64,000 nt of DNA from Euryarchaeota archaeon UBA103. Its GTDB lineage: Archaea > Thermoplasmatota > Poseidoniia > Poseidoniales > Thalassarchaeaceae. The DNA lies in contig DAYH01000023.1 in assembly GCA_002506825.1 (NCBI GenBank), positions 92,905-156,904 of the forward strand, in the 5' to 3' direction. Both the position numbers and the translations under genes were made by a program. Every line of letters starts with the position of its first letter. Within the stretch, counting starts at the first letter, position 1. The notes below the pieces were generated by a model that was not told the origin of the DNA, made no database searches, and saw only the letters and a list, made by a program, of their open reading frames with translations. This document shows positions 25,301 to 32,736 of the stretch, piece by piece.

Positions 25301-27613
25301 TGTTCCAATGGTACTTACGCTTGCTACATTTCCTCCCTGTGAAGAGTTATCTGATGTGGAAATCAGGGACATGGCCATTGAGGAGTCGTAGTAGTACAAG
25401 CTAACGCTAAAGTCCCCATTCGAGGATGAGTTAGTGAGACTAACTGAGACGGTAGTATCTCTCGGAACGAATATCGAGAATAAGTCGCCGGAGTCATTGG
25501 ACCATGAGTAGTTCCCAATTTGTCCGCCATAGGTGGCACTCCTAGACTGAAGCGGAGTGGGGGATACATCATCCGCATCGCCGTATTGGTTGTTCGTATA
25601 ATTTCCTGCGGGGGAGGGGGTGCATGATGACTGTGCGAGGTCATTCTGATAGAAACCAGGAGCACAATGATACTGGCCGGGAGATGCTTCTTCATCGACG
25701 TAATACCCACTTGATGCCTCGTAGCAAATAGTTCGCCCCTCATCGGGTTGGTAGTTTCCTATTGTACAGCTTTCATGGAAAAGGGAGCCTTGTAAAGAGA
25801 AGTGGCCAGAGGATGAGTTCTGACATGATAATCGCCCCCATTGACCGTCTGGACAGCTTACCCATCTAGCTGGATTATTTGGAAAATCATCTATTGATGA
25901 GTTAAACCCGTCCCCATCGCTGTCGTCACTGATGGCCAAATCCAAAACATTACGAATTCCGTCTCCATCAAGATCCTGTTCAGAGTATGCAACTGATTCC
26001 CCAAGAGTGGAGTTATTGAAGTCCATCAGATATGGCACGAGGATATCATTTGAGGACCCATCAAATTCTCCGGACTGACTTCCCCAACAGAACAGGGAGT
26101 AGCTCTGATTTATCGCACATGTGGATTCAATGCCAGTTGCTAATGCTATCGCTGGAGATGGCATGAGGGCGTATGAGGGAACGTTCCCGTCCGTTCCTGA
26201 GCAACTGCTGGAACTGGAGCTACAGGTCCCATCCCCCCACTGTCCATGAGTATTGACTCCCCAGCAACTAATTGACCCATTGTCCAACAAGGCACATGTG
26301 TGCCATCTAGTGCCATCAATATCGGATGCTGTCCTACCATTTGGCAACTGAATATCAGATGATGAACCTGTTACTGGGCCATTCTGAGCGGAAACTGTGT
26401 AGGTCTTACCCCAGCAACTGATCGACCCGTTATCGAATATAGCACATACGCTATATCCCGGAGTTACCAATGAGGATGCCCTAAGGCCCGTTGAGTGATT
26501 AGCCAACACTGGTGAGTTTCTACTGGTCGTAGTGCCATCGCCTAGATTTCCGAAACCATTGAATCCCCAACACTTGATTTCACCAGTATCTAGGATTGCA
26601 CAGGTGAAATCATTACCTGCTGAAACAGAAATTGCTGTTCTATTTACTCCCAGGTCAACTGCTACAGGAGAGTTTCTGTTAACATTTGAGCTATCTCCTA
26701 TTTGACCGTGATTATTCCTTCCCCAGCAATTGAGCGATGCATCGTCCAGAATTGCACAATTATGGTAGTTCCCATTTGAAATAGCAACAGGAGTCCGAGT
26801 TCCGAAGTCGACAGTCCCATTACTTAGGGAGTTTAAGCCGATTCCTAGTTGGCCATAGTTGTTTGCTCCACTGCACCTAAGGGTCCTGTTGTACAGAATT
26901 GTACAGTCTCCTGCGCTTGAAATTACTTCGTCATTGGTGACTACTGGAGCCCCTGTACTATTGAAAGTCACTAGGCTTCCATTGGATAGGACAAGTGTAG
27001 GGGAGCCAGTATCCAAGTCTAGAACTGAGTGACTGAAGACAGAGCCCCTATCTGATCCTGGTTGATTGAAACCCAGGTTATTTACAGGAGTTGGTGTTGG
27101 TGATGACGATACCTCGCTAAGTGTCCATGAGTCGGCCCCCCATGAGTCTCCAGAGGTCCCTCCATTGCCATTAACTAGGTTTACAGCCAGATAGAATACT
27201 ACGTCTCCAGAACCTGTCGGAGGGGCTGTCCAATCAACTGACCATGCCCTGGAATTAGAGTTCGTATGGGTTACCTCGCCTAAGGAAATCTGAGCATTCG
27301 GCCCTGGATTAGAGAAAACACCCTGGCTGGAGTCCAGATTGAATCCTCCAGTAGTGCCGCTTGGCCCTCCAGAAGCGCTTATTGAAAGAGAATATGTGAT
27401 ACCTGCGGCATAGCCAGATGAGGGAGTACCCGATAGAGAGGGAGTGACAGTTGGAGTGGTCGAGGAATGGCATGAGCCAGCCCCGCAACCATCTGTAGAA
27501 CCGGTTCGTCCAGAGCTGTTCGCGAATGCGGTATCTGGGACAGCCATTAGCAAAAGCATCAGAAAGGTTCCCACAATAATTATTCTAGTTTTCATACTAC
27601 TCTCGTCCACCAT
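22382..27613 (-). CDS. Giant (1743 aa) mosaic surface protein built from many domain types (order given in the evidence)
   Basis: Domain order: signal peptide, reeler-like CX4CH domain, RCC1 propeller, TSP3 repeats, Cys-pair (ephrin-receptor-like) repeats, PPC-like domain, 17 more Cys-pair repeats, acidic TSP3 block, TM helix and cytoplasmic tail. Supporting motifs: signal peptide MKTRIIIVGTFLMLLLMAVPDTAFA; W..WTAP..G.V.F reeler-like pattern; six NxxGQLG/CWG blades; DDDGDGIDDIFDRCP type-3 repeats; TM LIFTALVSVVVIGALGGLLFV. Confidence 0.85.
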   Translation of the reverse strand: MVDESSMKTRIIIVGTFLMLLLMAVPDTAFANSSGRTGSTDGCGAGSCHSSTTPTVTPSLSGTPSSGYAAGITYSLSISASGGPSGTTGGFNLDSSQGVFSNPGPNAQISLGEVTHTNSNSRAWSVDWTAPPTGSGDVVFYLAVNLVNGNGGTSGDSWGADSWTLSEVSSSPTPTPVNNLGFNQPGSDRGSVFSHSVLDLDTGSPTLVLSNGSLVTFNSTGAPVVTNDEVISSAGDCTILYNRTLRCSGANNYGQLGIGLNSLSNGTVDFGTRTPVAISNGNYHNCAILDDASLNCWGRNNHGQIGDSSNVNRNSPVAVDLGVNRTAISVSAGNDFTCAILDTGEIKCWGFNGFGNLGDGTTTSRNSPVLANHSTGLRASSLVTPGYSVCAIFDNGSISCWGKTYTVSAQNGPVTGSSSDIQLPNGRTASDIDGTRWHTCALLDNGSISCWGVNTHGQWGDGTCSSSSSSCSGTDGNVPSYALMPSPAIALATGIESTCAINQSYSLFCWGSQSGEFDGSSNDILVPYLMDFNNSTLGESVAYSEQDLDGDGIRNVLDLAISDDSDGDGFNSSIDDFPNNPARWVSCPDGQWGRLSCQNSSSGHFSLQGSLFHESCTIGNYQPDEGRTICYEASSGYYVDEEASPGQYHCAPGFYQNDLAQSSCTPSPAGNYTNNQYGDADDVSPTPLQSRSATYGGQIGNYSWSNDSGDLFSIFVPRDTTVSVSLTNSSSNGDFSVSLYYYDSSMAMSLISTSDNSSQGGNVASVSTIGTSFTNASSLLISVTPNNSSSGNYSFTLTLKSTLDNSAIGNQTESIDAEIQVGFFQCQPGTYQGKTGSGSCDNASPGRYVSSVGATSEDMCAPGSYQPLSGQISCMQASQGYFVSLSGSSFQTPSSPGNYVPQPGATSQTQCSPGNYQSSFAQVACIVASAGNYVVTSGSSNQTACSPGTYQPSNGSTSCIDASSGHHVPNYSSTSQIPCDPGYYQPLSAQQSCLSSSPGHYVPGIASISQIACDPGFYQPSSNQTLCLQATPGNYVPSNASSSQTPCQPGTFQSSYMATECIDAYPGYYVEQPGSTTQTPCSAGTYNPSDAANSSQSCLDADPGHAVPSNGSSYQTPCTSGFYQSMSGQTSCTPAPPGYYIDSGGATSPSPCLPGYWANQAGLTECLEASPGFYTDSNASSTQIPCSSGSYNPVSGANSSTACLEADPGNYSAILGASYQTPCSPGDYQPYAGQESCLQADPGHFVELSGEDSQEECQIGEYQPSPGQQNCINADSGFYVDSEMSTSQNPCPAGTYNPDESATSQSACLDSEEGYYADSSGSSEQTPCMPGSYQNQTRQISCMLTEPGYYTLSEGSNNQNPCVPGTYQPTPGQSACLDASPGFFTSSEASVSQEECLPGTFQPSPGQSTCIDADIGFFVSEQGQAQQTPAPLDEFVPSTRSIATEKCPEDMITLQESSTSADDCLLDSDGDRLHDEVDLDDDGDGIDDIFDRCPIGLVGWASTVDIDNDLDGCKDSEEDDDDDNDGFPDLQDDLPLDSTEWNDNDMDGIGDNSDTDDDNDGSSDMEEDARNTSATDPDSDDDGFMDGVDDFPLDPFEWEDSDLDGVGDNGDAFPNDPDRQVAEESTTMLIFTALVSVVVIGALGGLLFVRGRGENDQSLFSQSDDSGMVRNESTIYSNVSVPISTSPQPEERRIESIKPPSDAKMNENGQLVWVDNTGNVYCQNPDGSILSFNQSTGSWGPVN
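23330..25138 (-). repeat. About 17 tandem 34-37-aa units, C-x-PG-x-Y-Q-x(5-8)-C-x(3,4)-PG-x-Y-V-x(9-11) (coding repeat, roughly 102-111 nt period)
   Basis: The first Cys of successive units falls at aa 826, 860, (894 degenerate), 911, 945, 979, 1013, 1047, 1081, 1118, 1152, 1186, 1223, 1257, 1291, 1328, 1362 and 1396. Each has a second Cys at +14 or +17. Three similar units lie at aa 587-675 (25589..25855). Confidence 0.8.
26069..26941 (-). repeat. RCC1/BLIP-II-like beta-propeller repeats (6-7 blades, about 50-aa period)
   Basis: Blade motifs are CSGANNYGQLGIG, CWGRNNHGQIGDS, CWGFNGFGNLGDG, CWGKTY, CWGVNTHGQWGDG and CWGSQSGEFDGS. Each is preceded by C(A/T)IL.D. Confidence 0.75.
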
Positions 27614-27730
27614 AAGTCATCAATTCCTGTACTGGCTCCATCAAAGAGGTTCGTCGGACTGGTCCGATGGCCTCCGTAACATCCATACAGCGCTTCTATT
27701 GGGAATATGACTATTCCTACCACACGTGCT

Positions 27731-29554
27731 TCAGTGCGTCGTTACGAATACCTCTGAAGCTAGCGGGGGCATTTTAACTCCAGCTTCCGAGAATGCCTCT
27801 TCTACGGATTTGAAACTTCCTCGATTCTTGTTCATTCTTCTAGCTCTGTTACTGATGATCTTCCATGACGCCTTGTCTCCAATTCCAGGCAGTGCCTGAA
27901 GCTGACTCTTTGTAGCAGAATTGATATCTAGGCCGCACTCTACTCCAGAAATACTCCTCATCCCGTGTCCTGTAACTATGATATCAGAGCCCGATTCTAG
28001 TGGAACTGCATATGGGACCCCCACTAGTATAGGATATGCCCCTATCTGTCTCCCAAACGTAATACCTGGGTCACCGTGTATGTCAGAGTTCCTGTAATTT
28101 TCATCCGATACATGCTCGGGAAGCCTTATTCTGCCACCTCTAGACTCCCACCAAATATCCTTCAATTTGGTACCCAAAGGGAGTATCTCCTCGAGCATGG
28201 GTTGATCGATTTCTTCTCTGACCGTAGTTTTGAATTTCCTGAATTCGTTTTCGGGAATCTCTTGGAATCCCTTTCCCTCTACTTGACGAATATTTATCCT
28301 TCTTAGCCACAATCCCTCTGATTTCAACTCATTAAGAAGATTGATATTCATTTCATATGTACGCTCAGTCTCCCCATTAAGTCCCGCGATAAAGTTCAGA
28401 CCGGGGAGTAGTTTTGGGAGACCCCTTGGCCCTCTCTCCCTTCCATATTCGTTTATGTGCCTGATGGCTATCTTCAATTGATCTGAGTCACAATTCAGCC
28501 AATTAGAGTCGTGTACTTTCGGATCTGCTGATTCTAGGCCGAACGAAAGTACGGCTCCATCCGATAGATTCTCAACCAGGGATTTAGTTATCTCCGTAGA
28601 TGGCTCAATATTTTGAGCGACTATCGAAGGATTGGCATTGTCGACATGGAGAATTTGTAGACTTTCATTATTTCTCGCACCTTGCAGTACCTTGGAGATT
28701 GGCTCTGGATCGGGGATAGGGTATTCCAGTTCCTCTACCCCTTCCGCCCTGTAGGTATAGATATCCGTGGCTCCACCTATTCTGACGTTGACGATTCCAG
28801 ATTCCACAGCGGCATTGATTTCATTGATAACATCGTCTTCTTCCCTCCACAGTGGAAGGCCTTTCTTGGGCTCAATACAGAATTTACAACCTCTCTTAAA
28901 CCGGACGCAGCCCTGATACAGTTCCACCTCATACGTTAGAGGGCCATTGGATCCATTTGGAGATAATAGATCGGGGTGATCCACTACTGCCTTTGACGAG
29001 GCTCCCCTGAGTGCCCATCTTGACCATTCATCCGGGCTCCTTTTCTTATGATTCATATTTCCTGTAGAAAGGAAATGATTGAGAGTTGCATCTACATCCT
29101 TCAAGCTACAGAAGAGGTTTGCTCTGGGAGAAACCCATCCCGATTGCCTCCAGTGCCTAATTGCCCATCCCCCACAGATAACTGGGATTCTATTTGGAAT
29201 CGAGGATAGGAACGAGTCCGTCTCGCGTCTGCTGATTGGTGTCCCTCTGATATACTTCCCAGGAACCACTGCTCCAGCTAGAAGAATCGCTCCATCCAGT
29301 TCACTCATTTGCTCCCTTACAGATTTACGCCCATCATAGGTCGAGAGTGCAGATTTGAATGATCTTCTCCATTGATCGACGGTCATGTAGGTGTATTCTA
29401 TTCCCCTCTCCTCCAGAACACCACAGATGTATCTAATGTGGAATCCAACATAATTTGGAACGCCGAAAGCCGCGGGTTCATCCTCGTACCCATCTAGGAC
29501 GAGCCATCCGTCTAGCTTTTCCATGTGCCAACGGCTAGGGTATTCGGTATTCAC
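27731..29554 (-). CDS. Radical SAM-type Fe-S enzyme with a B12-binding-like N-terminal region and a C-terminal helix-hairpin-helix
   Basis: Cys cluster YQGCVRFKRGCKFCIEP (CX6CX2C). The TIM-barrel-like core includes GLESADP and NFIAGLNGET. The C-terminal HhH is SQLQALPGIGDKASWKII. The start overlaps the csl4 stop by 4 nt. Confidence 0.6.
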   Translation of the reverse strand: MNTEYPSRWHMEKLDGWLVLDGYEDEPAAFGVPNYVGFHIRYICGVLEERGIEYTYMTVDQWRRSFKSALSTYDGRKSVREQMSELDGAILLAGAVVPGKYIRGTPISRRETDSFLSSIPNRIPVICGGWAIRHWRQSGWVSPRANLFCSLKDVDATLNHFLSTGNMNHKKRSPDEWSRWALRGASSKAVVDHPDLLSPNGSNGPLTYEVELYQGCVRFKRGCKFCIEPKKGLPLWREEDDVINEINAAVESGIVNVRIGGATDIYTYRAEGVEELEYPIPDPEPISKVLQGARNNESLQILHVDNANPSIVAQNIEPSTEITKSLVENLSDGAVLSFGLESADPKVHDSNWLNCDSDQLKIAIRHINEYGRERGPRGLPKLLPGLNFIAGLNGETERTYEMNINLLNELKSEGLWLRRINIRQVEGKGFQEIPENEFRKFKTTVREEIDQPMLEEILPLGTKLKDIWWESRGGRIRLPEHVSDENYRNSDIHGDPGITFGRQIGAYPILVGVPYAVPLESGSDIIVTGHGMRSISGVECGLDINSATKSQLQALPGIGDKASWKIISNRARRMNKNRGSFKSVEEAFSEAGVKMPPLASEVFVTTH

Positions 29555-30858
29555 CGCTTCGACTGTTTCCTTCGTCCGCCTCTATCCCTATTGGAGCCAC
29601 TGGGTGAAGACTCTTCGACTACAATCTTTCGGCCTTTAATTTCTGAACCGTTCATGGCCTTGATAGCCGCCTTTGCATCATCTTTAGAGGGGAAGGTGAC
29701 AAACGCAAATCCCTTTGACTTTCCAGAATCCCTATCCTTGGCGATGTGTATGGAGTCGATTTTTCCATGCTCTGAGAATGCTTTGGATAGTTCTTCCTCC
29801 GATATTTCGTAGGGGAGCCTTCCAACAAATAGTTTGACTCCCATTTTCTCCTCGAGCTTGCTCCTCATGGCAGATATTGTCTCCCTCTCTTTCGAAAGCT
29901 CTTCCTTGGTGGCCTTTCCCTGCTTGACCTTGTCCATACAGTCCCTACATCTTATTGGCTTGCCAGGAGTTGGTTTGAATGGCACCTTTGTTTTGACCCC
30001 ACACATCGTACAAACCGCTTCATGCATCTCCATTCTAGGTCTACTCTGACCACCCCTTCCGCCGCCACGGTTGGAGGATCTCATAGATGCCACCCTAGGT
30101 GGGATATCGTGATTAGCACCTCTTCGGAAGTCCGCCAAGGGAGAGAGGTATGGCCTGGCCCCATCGTGCCCTAGTTTCGCTTCTGCCTCAGGAGACCACC
30201 TTTCTCCAGACCTGTTGAGTTTGTGCAGACCGAATCCAGTTTCGTGACCATGGCCGAAGCCATCGGAGAGTACTCGATATGCAGTGTAGTCACATCTTGA
30301 GCAATCTACATTGAAATCGATTTTCTTGTCCGATACATCCAGCATTACTCCACACGTGGGACAAGATGCAGATAATACCCCTAAGGATGCGCCTCCCTTT
30401 GTTGAGGCCTTTAGAATGGGGTCGTCCTTGACTATTCTGGCTCTGACAATATCTCGCATCCTCATGGCATCACCAGGGGATGGAATGAATCTGTCAACGA
30501 CCTCTGAGACATGGATATCAGCGAACAACTGGAGGGCTGGAAGATTCCTATGCCCCCCTTGCCTGCTCTCGATATGTAAGATTCTAATCTCAGCGACATT
30601 CTCGTTCAATCTCGTTACCTGTCCAATCACTATATCATCAACAGAAGGAGAATTTATCGGCAACCTAGATGACTCAATGGAGATATTTCCATCATTCTCT
30701 ACGAGAGTTCCGGGGAGCGTGGCTATACACCTTCCATTTTTCTCAAAGATACCCTCTCCAACTGAAGATCCTGACGGAATAGATACTGTGGAACCGGGTG
30801 TAACTTGGTCACCAACTACGGCAGACATTGACTCGGCGACCGGCCGTTCCCCTATCAA
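29551..30858 (-). CDS. csl4: Exosome cap protein Csl4 fused to an RGG box, a CxxC-x17-CxxC zinc ribbon and an RRM domain
   Basis: aa 1-200: S1 barrel (IVIGQVTRLNENVAEIRI ... DIVRARIV) and the Csl4 zinc ribbon CPTCG...CSRC. aa 263-275: NRGGGRGGQSRPR. aa 283-307: CTMCGVKTKVPFKPTPGKPIRCRDC. aa 341-416: RRM with RNP2 LFVGRL and RNP1 KGFAFVTF. Confidence 0.8.
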   Translation of the reverse strand: MIGERPVAESMSAVVGDQVTPGSTVSIPSGSSVGEGIFEKNGRCIATLPGTLVENDGNISIESSRLPINSPSVDDIVIGQVTRLNENVAEIRILHIESRQGGHRNLPALQLFADIHVSEVVDRFIPSPGDAMRMRDIVRARIVKDDPILKASTKGGASLGVLSASCPTCGVMLDVSDKKIDFNVDCSRCDYTAYRVLSDGFGHGHETGFGLHKLNRSGERWSPEAEAKLGHDGARPYLSPLADFRRGANHDIPPRVASMRSSNRGGGRGGQSRPRMEMHEAVCTMCGVKTKVPFKPTPGKPIRCRDCMDKVKQGKATKEELSKERETISAMRSKLEEKMGVKLFVGRLPYEISEEELSKAFSEHGKIDSIHIAKDRDSGKSKGFAFVTFPSKDDAKAAIKAMNGSEIKGRKIVVEESSPSGSNRDRGGRRKQSKR

Positions 30859-30871
30859 CGGTACGGAGGAA

Positions 30872-31528
30872 CTAGGGGGGAACTAGTCTCCAGAATCCCG
30901 CCCTAGTGACTCCTCTGGACATCTTATGGTGAGAATATGAAGCTGGAAGGGGGAAGTCGGCTTCACCGTACTTCTCGGCCTTCCAGTTCATATCTTCGAA
31001 TCTTTTTTCAATATGTTTCGCATTGGCACTGTGCATGATGTGTGTGAGAGTATTGGAAACTAAGATATGTTCAAAAAAATCTGCATCCGCTCCCTCCTTT
31101 TGTCTCCCCCATGGGGGATTAGAAATTATTAGGTCGTATCCGCCTAATTCTAAATGATCCTTGCCTAATCGTCGATTACTCACTTCATATTCGTCATCCC
31201 TTAGTACGCTTTCAGCATTTACATCGGCTAGCTCGCATAATTCCTGATCGACCTCTACTAATTTGACAAAACCGGCCCCCATCATTACAGCGCCGATTCC
31301 GAGTATTCCATTTCCCGCCCCCAAATCCACTACTCTGCACCCGGGCGTAAGGTCCCCAAAAGACTGGATATCGAAAAGCCATCTCGATGCTAAATCCCCT
31401 GGTGTTACATACTGCTCCAAAGAGGCCACTAGATCTTCTTTTACGCCTAGTTTCGATAAGGACATCGCCAGTTTCCGTAGCCTCATCAGATGATGGGGGG
31501 CTCCCAGATAGTTATGCCTACCGGACAT
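30872..31528 (-). CDS. METTL5/COG2263-like N6-adenine RNA methyltransferase
   Basis: LEQYVTPGDLA, the SAM motif VVDLGAGNGILGIGA and the catalytic NPPWG tetrad are present. Confidence 0.7.
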   Translation of the reverse strand: MSGRHNYLGAPHHLMRLRKLAMSLSKLGVKEDLVASLEQYVTPGDLASRWLFDIQSFGDLTPGCRVVDLGAGNGILGIGAVMMGAGFVKLVEVDQELCELADVNAESVLRDDEYEVSNRRLGKDHLELGGYDLIISNPPWGRQKEGADADFFEHILVSNTLTHIMHSANAKHIEKRFEDMNWKAEKYGEADFPLPASYSHHKMSRGVTRAGFWRLVPP

Positions 31529-32663
31529 TTTGACTGGATTTTAGAATATTTTTTGAATCGTGAATAATGCCTTGAGCAAGCATCATTTCTGCGAGAAGGA
31601 TGCTATTTCCTGCGGCCCCTCTTACAGTATTATCAGAAGCTACCCTGTAGCGCAATTTACTCCCTGAAATATTGATATCCCCAACGAGAACATCCATTGA
31701 TTTCTGCATATCAATATCCAATTTATTAGATTTTTTATAATTTAATGAGGTAGTTGAAGGACCTGTTTCTGAGTCAAATATTAGTGGTTTTTTAGTACCG
31801 GAAGGCAGATCTAGATGCTGTACTAATGAGTGGAAATCAGACCATGCCTCGATTACCTCGTGTGCACTAACATCTCTCCCAAGGTCTACTGTAACAGTAG
31901 CAGAGTGTCCGAACTCCCTGGGGAATCTCTTACATTGGGCATTAATTTTAAGATTGGCAGAATCAGATTCCGAGGAATCGTATTCGTTGAGAATTCTCCT
32001 TAGCTCGGATTCAATGCTCTGGGATTCGCCAATGATCTCTGGTCCGGGCATGACTCCCTCCCTGTATCTTTCTAGCACTCTCCTCCCAGCGCCAGAAACG
32101 GACTGCTCTGTGGAAATACTGATACTATTCACAGGAAATTTCCTTACAATTGGTGCTAGAGAAACCGCAAGAGGAACTACCATACAATTGGAGCATGAAA
32201 CTAGAGCGCCTGATCCAAATTCATTTTGTGTTTCCAACAAGTCAAGATGCTCGGGATTGACCTCCGGAACGATCAGAGGAACTATTTCTGAATGCCTATG
32301 GATCGTCGAGTGACTTAGCACTACCAGTCCGGATCTTGCCAAATCCTCCTCGATCATAGATGCCGGGGAGTCCGGGAGAGCCGAAAATACAATTCTGACA
32401 CCTTGCGAAATGAGTTCTGAGGCTAATTCATTACTTTCGCCCATCGCTCTAACGATGATATCTGGGAAGTCCGGCCTTGGTTCGTTAAAGCTCCATGGGA
32501 TTTCATTCACGCCAATTCCATCTGATTCCTTAGATCCGAACACGTGAGTTGGGATTAACCAGTGGTGATTTACTAGTCTCTGAAGGAGTCTTTGGGCGAC
32601 GAGCCCCCTTGCTCCCAGAATAGCACACTTTACCCTGCCTAGGACCTCCATATTGTTGCCCAA
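31518..32663 (-). CDS. asd: Aspartate-semialdehyde dehydrogenase (archaeal type)
   Basis: Rossmann motif ILGARGLVAQ; SHSTIHRHSEIVPLIVPEVNPEHL; active-site CSNC; C-terminal DNTVRGAAGNSILLAEMM. Confidence 0.75.
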   Translation of the reverse strand: MGNNMEVLGRVKCAILGARGLVAQRLLQRLVNHHWLIPTHVFGSKESDGIGVNEIPWSFNEPRPDFPDIIVRAMGESNELASELISQGVRIVFSALPDSPASMIEEDLARSGLVVLSHSTIHRHSEIVPLIVPEVNPEHLDLLETQNEFGSGALVSCSNCMVVPLAVSLAPIVRKFPVNSISISTEQSVSGAGRRVLERYREGVMPGPEIIGESQSIESELRRILNEYDSSESDSANLKINAQCKRFPREFGHSATVTVDLGRDVSAHEVIEAWSDFHSLVQHLDLPSGTKKPLIFDSETGPSTTSLNYKKSNKLDIDMQKSMDVLVGDINISGSKLRYRVASDNTVRGAAGNSILLAEMMLAQGIIHDSKNILKSSQNVR

Positions 32664-32736
32664 TCGAGTCTGGTCTATGAAGAAGTGTTTTGATTATAGT
32701 GAATAGTTAAAGTACTCCCGCTATTACTTTTTTTTA

